From NCBI GenBank assembly GCA_016699145.1, contig CP064962.1, positions 480,001 to 512,000 on the forward strand: a stretch of 32,000 nt of DNA, written 5' to 3'. This DNA is from Candidatus Saccharimonadota bacterium. Lineage in GTDB: Bacteria > Patescibacteriota > Gracilibacteria > UBA1369 > 2-02-FULL-48-14. The notes under the pieces were generated by a model that made no database searches, was not told the DNA's origin, and saw nothing but the letters and a program-made list of their open reading frames with translations. This document shows positions 17,214 to 25,000 of the stretch, one piece after another. Both the position numbers and the translations under genes were made by a program. Position 1 is the stretch's first letter. Each line of letters starts with the position of its first letter.

Positions 17214-18093
17214 TTGTTTTGCGTTGCTTGCGCTTCCAAGCACGAACCAGGAGCAAAATCACCAGCACGGGCCATCCGAAAATGACCAAATAAATGGCGG
17301 CATCCAAAACAGTTTGTAAGAAAACCACCCATTGACTGGTCGCTTCATGCACGGTGCCGATGGGCCTCCAAGACTCCTTGGCCACTTCCACACTTTCATC
17401 TTCGGTCAAACTGAGCGTGATGGTGGAGTAATCCACATTGGTATCGTAGTACTTGAGTTGCCCTTCCGCGCTCTCAATTTCATAACGCACTTGAGAAAGA
17501 TAATCCGTCACATTCAAAATTTCCTCCACCGTAACGGCTCGATCTAAAATGGACAAATATTGCTGCTCCTCTTCCTTGAGATTTGTGAGGCGAGCCTCCA
17601 AGTCCATGTACATTTCAGTGATGTTGTCGGCATTGGTGTATTCGCTGTCCACATACAAAGCCAACTCCTTGAGACCGGCCATGGCCGCATCAAAAGCCTC
17701 GGAAGGCACGCGCACGGTCACCTCTCCATAATAGGAATTTTCATAACGACTGATATTGGAACTGATCGTATCTCCACCCCATTCACTAACCTTTATCTTA
17801 ATCTGTTCCACTCCTTCTTGAACGCTCTCCATGTGCAAAGCCAAACTGCCGCTCTTGATGATTTTTTGCTCCACTCCTTCTACCGGACCCTCCGAGCTCG
17901 GCGGCATAAAACCGATGCTTCTACCGTTGGCACTTTGCGCGGTTGCAAAAGAATCCATGGACATGGATGCTTCCATCTCATCCATACCATAAGAAGAGGT
18001 CATCATATCCTTGTCTCCATAAGAACCCCCGTTAAAAGCAGCACAGCCACTGAGTAAAAAGAGGGCGAGAGAAAGAAAAGCGATTTTTTTCAT
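17203..18093 (-). CDS. DUF4349-like lipoprotein with C-terminal TM anchor
   Basis: MKKIAFLSLALFLLSGC provides the lipobox. KIIKSGSLALHMESVQEG... is followed by a coiled coil and a C-terminal TM (AAIYLVIFGWPVLVILLLV). The family name is from memory. The ATG at 18093 is preferred over 18144. Confidence 0.65.
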   Translation of the reverse strand: MKKIAFLSLALFLLSGCAAFNGGSYGDKDMMTSSYGMDEMEASMSMDSFATAQSANGRSIGFMPPSSEGPVEGVEQKIIKSGSLALHMESVQEGVEQIKIKVSEWGGDTISSNISRYENSYYGEVTVRVPSEAFDAAMAGLKELALYVDSEYTNADNITEMYMDLEARLTNLKEEEQQYLSILDRAVTVEEILNVTDYLSQVRYEIESAEGQLKYYDTNVDYSTITLSLTEDESVEVAKESWRPIGTVHEATSQWVVFLQTVLDAAIYLVIFGWPVLVILLLVRAWKRKQRKTTKK

Positions 18094-18158
18094 AAAGCGT
18101 GGGTGAAGTGAAAAAAAGATAACATTCTTCATCGAAGATTGCAATTTTGGGGGGGCCT

Positions 18159-19112
18159 CTACTCTTTAGAATAACCTTCAATGGCAGACAAACTCGAATA
18201 CCAATTGCGACTGATCTTGAAGGCATCAATCCTTCCACGACGTGCCAAGAGGCTCAAGTACTCCTGAGAATAAGGTGTTTTTTTAGCAAGTTCAGACAAA
18301 AGGAGATACTCTTCTTTTACGGAAGAAAAAGCACAGGCTTCCAAATATAAATCTAAAGATCGCTCAATGGCCTGTGCAACTAAGAGGTCCAATTTCTCAT
18401 AGTCCCCTTCATTGGCCTGATTCAGGGCATCATAATATTTTTTTCTATCATTTTTCAAAATAACTGCCGGCGGATAGCCCTTCTGCATAAGAGATAAATT
18501 CATCAAAAGCCTTCCCGTACGGCCATTTCCATCAAAAAAAGGGTGAATCCAAATAAAACGATGCTGAAGCTGAGCTGCAAAACACACTGGATTAAGCTGT
18601 TTTAGGCTTCGCTTCACCCATTCCATAAGCCTCTCCATAAGATCAGGCACTTTAAGTGGATTGGGGGGAACAAAGTTCGCCCCTGTAATACGCACTCGCC
18701 CATTGCGATACCGACCTGCAAAATCCTCCTCAATACCATCTAAAACCAAAGCATGTAGCTTAAGAATAATATCTTCCGTGAGTTTGGTCTTTTCTTTTAC
18801 CAACTGCATCAAAAATTGAATGGCCCTCTCATGATTTTTTGCTTCGAAATGCTCTCTTAAAGACTTCCCTTTGATGGTCACTCCATCCTCCAAAACCAGC
18901 TGAGTCTCCCGAAGCGTCAGGGAATTACCCTCAATAGCATTGGAGTTATAGGTCCAATCCAACGCGATTTGTTTCTGCAAACGCTCCAGCACACTTTTAG
19001 CTAAGGGCCTATGCCTGTCTAGTTCCTTCTTCTTTTTTTGAATGCGGACAAATATTTTCTGATTCATAATATCGGATAACTGCAAAAAGTATGGCATCCG
19101 ATATTCGTTCAT
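18159..19112 (-). CDS. fic: Fic family protein (putative AMPylase) with N-terminal inhibitory motif
   Basis: Fic core HPFFDGNGRTGR. SNAIEGN upstream matches (S/T)xxxE(G/N). The ATG at 19112 (MNEYRMPYF) sits 11 nt after an AGGAG; the track start is GTG at 19124. Confidence 0.85.
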   Translation of the reverse strand: MNEYRMPYFLQLSDIMNQKIFVRIQKKKKELDRHRPLAKSVLERLQKQIALDWTYNSNAIEGNSLTLRETQLVLEDGVTIKGKSLREHFEAKNHERAIQFLMQLVKEKTKLTEDIILKLHALVLDGIEEDFAGRYRNGRVRITGANFVPPNPLKVPDLMERLMEWVKRSLKQLNPVCFAAQLQHRFIWIHPFFDGNGRTGRLLMNLSLMQKGYPPAVILKNDRKKYYDALNQANEGDYEKLDLLVAQAIERSLDLYLEACAFSSVKEEYLLLSELAKKTPYSQEYLSLLARRGRIDAFKISRNWYSSLSAIEGYSKE

Positions 19113-19120
19113 GTCAAGGA

Positions 19121-19170
19121 CCACTCCTTTTGCAGGTTAAACGTGCTCCCCGGGGAGGAATTTACAGATT
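19121..19170 (-). repeat. copy 2 of the 50-bp dispersed repeat (inverted relative to 3659-3708)
   Basis: The reverse complement AATCTGTAAATTCCTCCCCGGGGAGCACGTTTAACCTGCAAAAGGAGTGG matches copy 1 at 43/50 positions. It lies immediately upstream of fic and includes its AGGAG. Confidence 0.85.
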
Positions 19171-19191
19171 ACAACGAAAAAAGCTTGACGT

Positions 19192-19206
19192 TGATGCCAC
19201 GGAGAA
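19192..19206. repeat. left copy of 15-bp imperfect direct repeat (putative att remnant of the tRNA-Glu 3' end)
   Basis: TGATGCCACGGAGAA versus TGATCCCACGGAGAA at 27494-27508, same orientation, 14/15. Identity stops abruptly on both sides. Confidence 0.55.
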
Positions 19207-19288
19207 GACGCTCGCTTCGCTCTCTATACGGTCGCAAGCTCCCTCACGAACTCCAGAGTTCGATTGTTCTCTTCGAGAACCACACATT

Positions 19289-19309
19289 AAAAATCACCCA
19301 CGAGGGGTG
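19289..19309 (-). terminator. rho-independent terminator candidate for the island operon
   Basis: On the minus strand: CACCC, loop CTCGT, GGGTG, then A TTTTT. It lies ~105 nt downstream of the stop of the 19413-20198 gene. Confidence 0.45.
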
Positions 19310-19412
19310 CTTTCCAATTTGGTGAGCCAATTGTACTCACAGTGGAACACTTTCGTAGAGGATGTGAGAACTTTTGCACAATGCGGAATTCCTACCTCCG
19401 CTTGAAAAATAT

Positions 19413-20198
19413 TTAGATCGAAAGGTGTAGCCGATTTTCAATAGCAGCACTCCTAAGAGTCAATACATCATATAGAAGCTTGTTCAGCTGGGGTTCAACA
19501 ACAGTAAAAGAAATGATCTTAAAGGCTGATGCATGATCTGTAAGCATTTTACGAATATCACGCTGTGCTTTTTGACTCATACCCTTAAAGGTTGTCTTTG
19601 TTGGAGCTAAAAAAGGCTTCTGCGAATCAAAGTAGCCCACAGAAGCACGCATAAATCGACCCATCTCCATCAACTCAGGTTTAGGTTGTGGATAAATTTC
19701 TTCTAGCTTTCTTATGAGGCGGTCGAAAGTCTCTTCAGTAAGCTTCGATAAGAAGTTTAAGATGAATTTCGGGTGCTTTTCCATTGCATCTTTCAAACTT
19801 GCAGATAGTGCACCAGTATTAACTTTTTCTTGAAAAATCGGGAGAACATCTGAGAATACATCCCTATCGGAATTAGCCACCTCTCCTTTGAAGTACTCTT
19901 GTTTATCTATAAGTTTCAGCCCAACAAGAAGCTTAAAGAGAAACCTATTCATTTCAAAAACAATGAACTCTGCTCGGGCTTGGTTTATCTGTCGCAATTG
20001 AGAATCCCTGCCATTCGCCAAAATTTTATCGAAAATAAATAGAGCGATACCGACAACAATTAAATTAGTTAGAATTCCTGTTAAAAAATTCACCCAATAA
20101 TCAACATCAAATGGCTCTGGGTGGATTCGAACAATGAAGAAGGTACAAATAGCAATCAATACCAACATGACGCAAGCAATCCACTTCTGAGATTTCAT
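19413..20198 (-). CDS. hypothetical membrane protein (two N-terminal TM helices plus ~190-aa soluble domain)
   Basis: 261-aa ORF. TM helices are WIACVMLVLIAICTFFIV and LTGILTNLIVVGIALFIF. No recognisable motif follows. Confidence 0.6.
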   Translation of the reverse strand: MKSQKWIACVMLVLIAICTFFIVRIHPEPFDVDYWVNFLTGILTNLIVVGIALFIFDKILANGRDSQLRQINQARAEFIVFEMNRFLFKLLVGLKLIDKQEYFKGEVANSDRDVFSDVLPIFQEKVNTGALSASLKDAMEKHPKFILNFLSKLTEETFDRLIRKLEEIYPQPKPELMEMGRFMRASVGYFDSQKPFLAPTKTTFKGMSQKAQRDIRKMLTDHASAFKIISFTVVEPQLNKLLYDVLTLRSAAIENRLHLSI

Positions 20199-20248
20199 AA
20201 AACGAAAATAGATGGGACAATTATAGCAACAAGAGTTTAATTCTAAAA

Positions 20249-20437
20249 TTACTTCACTTTTTTACACGAAAATACATCAAATAAAGACGCAGAAAGCACA
20301 TAAAACGTGTCACGCACTTGAAGCACCTCCTCGTCAGACAAGTTTACCTCCTTCAAAAGGCTCTTGCATTTAGACAGAGAAAGCTTGTCATTGCTTCTTT
20401 TGAGGTCTTGTTTTTTGTTTTCCTGTGAGGACATCAT
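20249..20437 (-). CDS. hypothetical small protein
   Basis: 62-aa ORF in operon orientation between the wHTH gene and the 2-TM gene. No motif recognised. Confidence 0.4.
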   Translation of the reverse strand: MMSSQENKKQDLKRSNDKLSLSKCKSLLKEVNLSDEEVLQVRDTFYVLSASLFDVFSCKKVK

Positions 20438-20520
20438 GAGTGATCAGATGCCTCTAGTTTGACCTCTCAACATCGCAAAAATGCTCGCAGCCCCTGCATC
20501 TGCCAACCTGTAAATGAAAT

Positions 20521-21282
20521 TTATTTTGCGATGTTTCCACTGAAACGGTATCCAACACCTCTCTCCACGCTTATGCGAGTAGCGAGTTCTGGAATCTTTT
20601 TTAACCTCGAAATAGCCCGCGTAATTTCTTCTCGACTTGCCGATTCAAATCCAGTCGGGCCTTTTAATGCCACGGAGAGTGTTCCAAAAGTAAGAATCTG
20701 CCCAGCGCTTCTAATGAAGTACTTTAAGAGCCATAAGTCCGTTGGACGTAACGTAGTGCTCCGCACTGGCTTCCCGTTCAACTCCGCACGGATGCGAGTC
20801 TGAGAGGTGAAAATGGCAAGGCTTCCAAACTGAAGCACCTCTTCTCCTCCTTTGAGTGCTTGTTCGATTTCAGCTTGCTTGAGTAGGTCGAAATGAATCT
20901 TTTCTAGGATCGGCTCGTACTCCTTTCGTGAGAAAAGAACGTTGCCCTCGTTGCCAGCCAAGAGCTTTTTGAACTCTTTGCCCATGAGGGAGATGTGAAC
21001 GTGCTTTCCAGTAACATCATCAATTGAACCACCGATGAGCCGAACCCAATCCTTTCTCTCAAGGCTGTAGAGGTAGAGGAGGGCTAACTTTTCGATGTCC
21101 TTGGCATAACGCTCTACATCGATGCGATTGGCAGTGGTCTTTTGTAGAATCAGATACATGGCTGGATCGTTCAAAACCCCAGAAACGTATTCTACAATTC
21201 TGTTGAAAAACTGACTTTCATCTTTTGCAGCAGTGATGAGTTCAAAGCGAGACTTCAGTACGTTTAGCTGCGGTTCAAACAT
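20521..21282 (-). CDS. OmpR/PhoB-type winged-helix DNA-binding protein with an unrecognised ~170-aa N-terminal domain (no receiver domain)
   Basis: The C-terminus LRPTDLWLLKYFIRSAGQILTFGTLSVAL...REEITRAISRLKKIPE...ISVERGVGYRF follows the trans_reg_C pattern (LTxxExxLLxxL...RLRKKI...VRGVGYRF). Confidence 0.75.
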   Translation of the reverse strand: MFEPQLNVLKSRFELITAAKDESQFFNRIVEYVSGVLNDPAMYLILQKTTANRIDVERYAKDIEKLALLYLYSLERKDWVRLIGGSIDDVTGKHVHISLMGKEFKKLLAGNEGNVLFSRKEYEPILEKIHFDLLKQAEIEQALKGGEEVLQFGSLAIFTSQTRIRAELNGKPVRSTTLRPTDLWLLKYFIRSAGQILTFGTLSVALKGPTGFESASREEITRAISRLKKIPELATRISVERGVGYRFSGNIAK

Positions 21283-21288
21283 GCTGAA

Positions 21289-21297
21289 ATTGTAGCA
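21289..21297 (-). promoter_or_regulatory. extended -10 (TGCTACAAT) placed 6 nt from the ATG; candidate leaderless promoter
   Basis: The minus strand reads ...GGTATGCTACAATTTCAGCATG. The -10 box ends 6 nt before the start codon at 21282. Confidence 0.45.
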
Positions 21298-21308
21298 TAC
21301 CCTTTAGG

Positions 21309-21554
21309 GCACCTTTTTCCTCTAAAAACTCCATCCAAAGTGAACAATTTGATCTGTTAATCAATTTTGAGTTTCTGGAGTGCCTTACATGCAACTTTTT
21401 CCTGCATAAACTCCGCACAAAATGCGCCTTTTGATCTGTAAATTAATTTTTAGTTTTTGCAGTGACCTAGGCGCACCTTTTTCCTCTCAAAAGTATTTCA
21501 AAAAGTCTCGACTTGACCTGTTAGGTCAGTTTGAGTTTTGACAGTAAGCAAACC
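21309..21554. repeat. three tandem, exactly phased 82-bp repeats
   Basis: Units are 21309-21390, 21391-21472 and 21473-21554. Conserved blocks are GCAMCTTTTTCCT (positions 1-13), TTGAYCTGTW (41-50), TTTGAGTTT-like (57-66) and AGT (71-73). Positions 21-40 are variable. Each unit carries a short dyad (TTGAT..ATCAA / TGACC..GGTCA). Confidence 0.9.
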
Positions 21555-21555
21555 G

Positions 21556-21765
21556 CTAGTTTTTAGGCCTCTGAGTATGCTTTCCCGCAAGTAAGTTCAT
21601 AAAGTACAGGAACCCCGTTGGAAGTAGGAAGAGGAAAAGACATGCAATCGCCCACGGCAGAGGGTTGTGACCAGTACGTGCAGCGTAAAGTGCTGTTTCT
21701 TTAGCGGCCCAGCCGAACGTGAATACATAAGCTGCTGCTAAGAAAATGAAAATGATGATGCCCAT
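21556..21765 (-). CDS. hypothetical small membrane protein (2 TM)
   Basis: 69-aa ORF with MGIIIFIFLAAAYVFTFGW and PWAIACLFLFLLPTGFLYF. It is divergent from the XRE gene. Confidence 0.5.
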   Translation of the reverse strand: MGIIIFIFLAAAYVFTFGWAAKETALYAARTGHNPLPWAIACLFLFLLPTGFLYFMNLLAGKHTQRPKN

Positions 21766-21841
21766 ATGAGGAGGGATAAGATTACTTTGCCATAAAGTAT
21801 CCCATTTTGGGTTATTCGAAAAGGGGATTTAAAGTTTTGGA

Positions 21842-22066
21842 ATGAAAAGCTTAAAAGATCCTCGCTATAGAAAGGTGGTCCAAGAATTAAAAACAGCTCG
21901 CCTTTCACGTAATTACACTCAAGAAGAAGTGGCCAAGCTGATAAAGAAGCCTCAGTCTTTTTTATCAAAAATAGAGAACTTCGAAAGGAGAATCGACATT
22001 ATCGAGTTATATGAGTTAATGAAAGTGTACGACTTAAAGTGGAATGAACTTACTCGGGGCTTTTGA
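21842..22066 (+). CDS. XRE-family helix-turn-helix transcriptional regulator
   Basis: LSRNYTQEEVAKLIKKPQSFLSKIENFERRIDI is a typical Cro/C1-type HTH. Confidence 0.8.
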   Translation: MKSLKDPRYRKVVQELKTARLSRNYTQEEVAKLIKKPQSFLSKIENFERRIDIIELYELMKVYDLKWNELTRGF

Positions 22067-25000
22067 AGCTACCCAAAAGCAAGGCGATGCTATCCAATAA
22101 AGCAAGCTTTTGGTCTTTCAAAGAAGCATGAACGACAATTGCCGATCGTGATTGCGATTCGTCCAAATACTTTCTACATAAAAGTGGTAGTAGTTTTGCA
22201 ACCCCTTGTCGATCGCTTTTACGAGCCTTCAAGAATTCAGTCAGAGTCAGAGTGAAGATTTTTTGAGAAGCATCCAGTGGAATGGCATCATCCATAATAA
22301 CCCTCGAAAGGAATTGGACAATAACTCCAAGGGCTACTTTTAGTTCCACCCCATATTCTTCAGACATCACCAACGGTAAGTTGAACTTTTTGATATTTTC
22401 TGGCTCAAGATACGAGATGGGACCGGAACCAAAAACCGCCTGCATCAATGCATCTGTCGTAACGGGTAAAAACCTACAACGGTAACCAGACAAGTACCTA
22501 AAGTAATCTAGGTACGAGCCAAAACTAAGCTTGCCAGTAAGCATCAAGGCTCGGACAAGGGCAAAAGAAGAACAGTACTTAGGCGGTTCTGCGGCTGCAT
22601 CACGTCCATATAAACGTAAACTCAAACCATCATCAGTTAAAATCGCTGAACCAGTTTCAGTGGCAAGTAGGTAGGCATCTTTCAACTCGTCCAATATGTC
22701 TATCTTTGGCTCAGCAGGAAGGTCTGACTTAGGTACAGCCAACTTTGAGCCAAAGTGCCCCTCAATAGCAGTAAGAGCGGCCTCCAAAACCTTTCTTGCC
22801 CTACTCAAATGCTCTTCTTGAACTTGAGAATATGTTAAGCGTCCGTTGGCGTAGCCCATGCGTCCAACCACACCGGGTACCGTACGGAACTTATCGAGGG
22901 CATCAAACAAAAAGTTCACTACAGATTGGGGTATCTGCAAGCCGGGGATATTTTCCAAAATTTCCTGCATCAAACCGGCCTCAGATAAAAAGAGTGCCGA
23001 AGTAACATCCAAATAACATTGCGCACCAGAAATGAGTTCTTTAGCAACGGCATCTTGTTTAGCCTGTTCAGCAAGTGAGCCATCGCTAAGCCAAATAAAT
23101 CCTCGCTGTTCTTGGACAATTTTACCAATTGCATTTGTCACTCCCCCTTGCTGATGAGCGAGAAAAACGAATGGCAAAGGACTCTGACAATACTGCTCGA
23201 AAGCACCATCCCTATCCGACTCCAAAGACTTCATAAACTCAGTCACATTATTGATGTCGAAGTTACCATTTTCATCCAAAACCTGAATAGATTGGATCAT
23301 AGGAGATCCATTTCTAGCGAATTCATTCATTGCCTCTCTAGCTCGCCAAAAAATATACTGTTCCAAAGAGAAAATTTGGGCGATCTTTCTAGGAGGTGTC
23401 CCAGAAAATTTATCACCGGAAAATTCTACAGTCTCTCCAACTTTTTTCCCCAAGACAACACCGTAACGTGGATCAGTAGTTCTTACGGACAATGCGTCCA
23501 ATTCAGCACCATCACCAAAGTGAAACCAACGTTCCTGATTATCAAACCTAACAAAGTTACCTTCTTGTACTTCGTCTTTGGAAATAAAGTTAAAGTCGTT
23601 TTCATCAAAACTACCAGATAAGCCAAACAGCATGCCATATTGTTCTTCGCTAGGCACTCCACAAGCCTGAAAACCCTCAACCACCGACCCGAGGGCCTCT
23701 TTTTTTTGACCAGACCTCAAATACAATTCTGCCTCAAGAAAGACCTTAAACTGAAAACTAAATCCAAATTTCGGATGAGAATTTATAAGTTCGATCGCTT
23801 CTTGATACTGGCCTCTTTTAAGGTAAGCCATGACCACACGTGCCAAAAGGGCCTCTAAGTTTTGAGCATCCAATAATTTAGGAGCCAGAGGGTCTTCCAA
23901 AAGTTGAGATCCAACAGAGATTACCTCCAAAAACTGGCCGAGGTTGAACTTTGCATTTAATAGATTGAGGCGAGATCGAAATAAGTCGATAGGTTCACTC
24001 TCTAGGGTCAGTAGCCTCTCTATCAGCTCAATTTGATCAACCCATGCAGCGACTTCACCAGTGACATCAACGCACAACCTAAGTTGGTTAATATCCAAGT
24101 TATCAATTTTAATTTCACGAAATGCCTCAAAAGCCTCCTTATGGTCTCCATTCTGGTGATGATAAAGCACCCAAGGAAGAGTAGTGCCTTCCTTATCGGA
24201 AGAAGTTTTCAACCACTCTAACAAAGCCTTTCTAATATCAGGAAAATCCTTTAGCGCCACAGTCATGTTATATGTGTATGCAGAGTCATCACCCAAAAAC
24301 TGGAGCACGCCAGTAAAATCACCATCCACTAAAGCACCGATAAAGTCGGTAACACTCTTTTCGCCGATAGCCTCAAAAAACTCCTTCCCCTTCCCAAGAA
24401 GTTGCCCTTTTATTAAAAACTGAAAAACAAGGGTCTTTACGAGACCCTCAGAAAGATTTTCATCGATAGACTTCAGATGACTGAGAAGTGCATCCAAATC
24501 CTGATCACCAACTACCCTCGAAAGTAGCTTCATTAACGCCTCCTCTACAACTGCATCATGTGGAACAACCAAGGACAGTGTTTTGACTTCAGAAAAAACT
24601 TTATCCAAGTCAGCAAATCGACTTTCCGCAGCCAGTATGTCTATCATCTCAACCAACATTGCCAATCTTTGCCTCTCAGAGTCTGTACGCCACATCTTCA
24701 TTTTAGCGAGAGTAGAGTCTATTAACTCAGAAAGACTCGACAGTTCAGCCTTTGTTACTGTCCCACGTTCTTTCCTTTTGAGTCGTCCATTCAACAAAGA
24801 AGCCTTCACCCGATAATTGACCAATGAGTCAGGATTAGCCCGTATTGCTTTCTCAATAAACTGGTCAGCTTTTGCAGTCTCTCCCGCAACCTCAAAACAT
24901 ATGCCATAGACCCTATAGCAGGTGGATGCAGCGCGATTCAAAGTCGGGAACGCAGATTCATCTAGAGTAGAAAGGTCAATTTGAGTACCTTGCCTCAAAT

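Noticed and set aside
17332-18057. + strand ORFs (71, 60 and 165 aa)
   Set aside because: They lie antisense to the DUF4349-like lipoprotein gene.
19143-19405. + strand ORFs of 60 and 104 aa in the island's left arm
   Set aside because: They are not convincing as independent genes: no start context, and they cross hairpins. The 19143-19325 frame is discussed only as a possible recombinase tail after excision.
19121-19412. Possible tmRNA or tRNA gene, prompted by GAGTTCGATT (T-loop-like) and GGGGAGG
   Set aside because: No T-stem forms around the loop. There is no acceptor stem or CCA context and no tag-like ORF. The T-loop-like sequence is one half of a 16-bp dyad.
21309-21554. CRISPR array
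   Set aside because: The units are 82 bp and contiguous, with no repeat/spacer alternation. There are only three copies and no cas genes.
21738-21968. 76-aa minus-strand ORF overlapping the XRE gene
   Set aside because: The + strand frame encodes a textbook HTH; the minus frame has no features.
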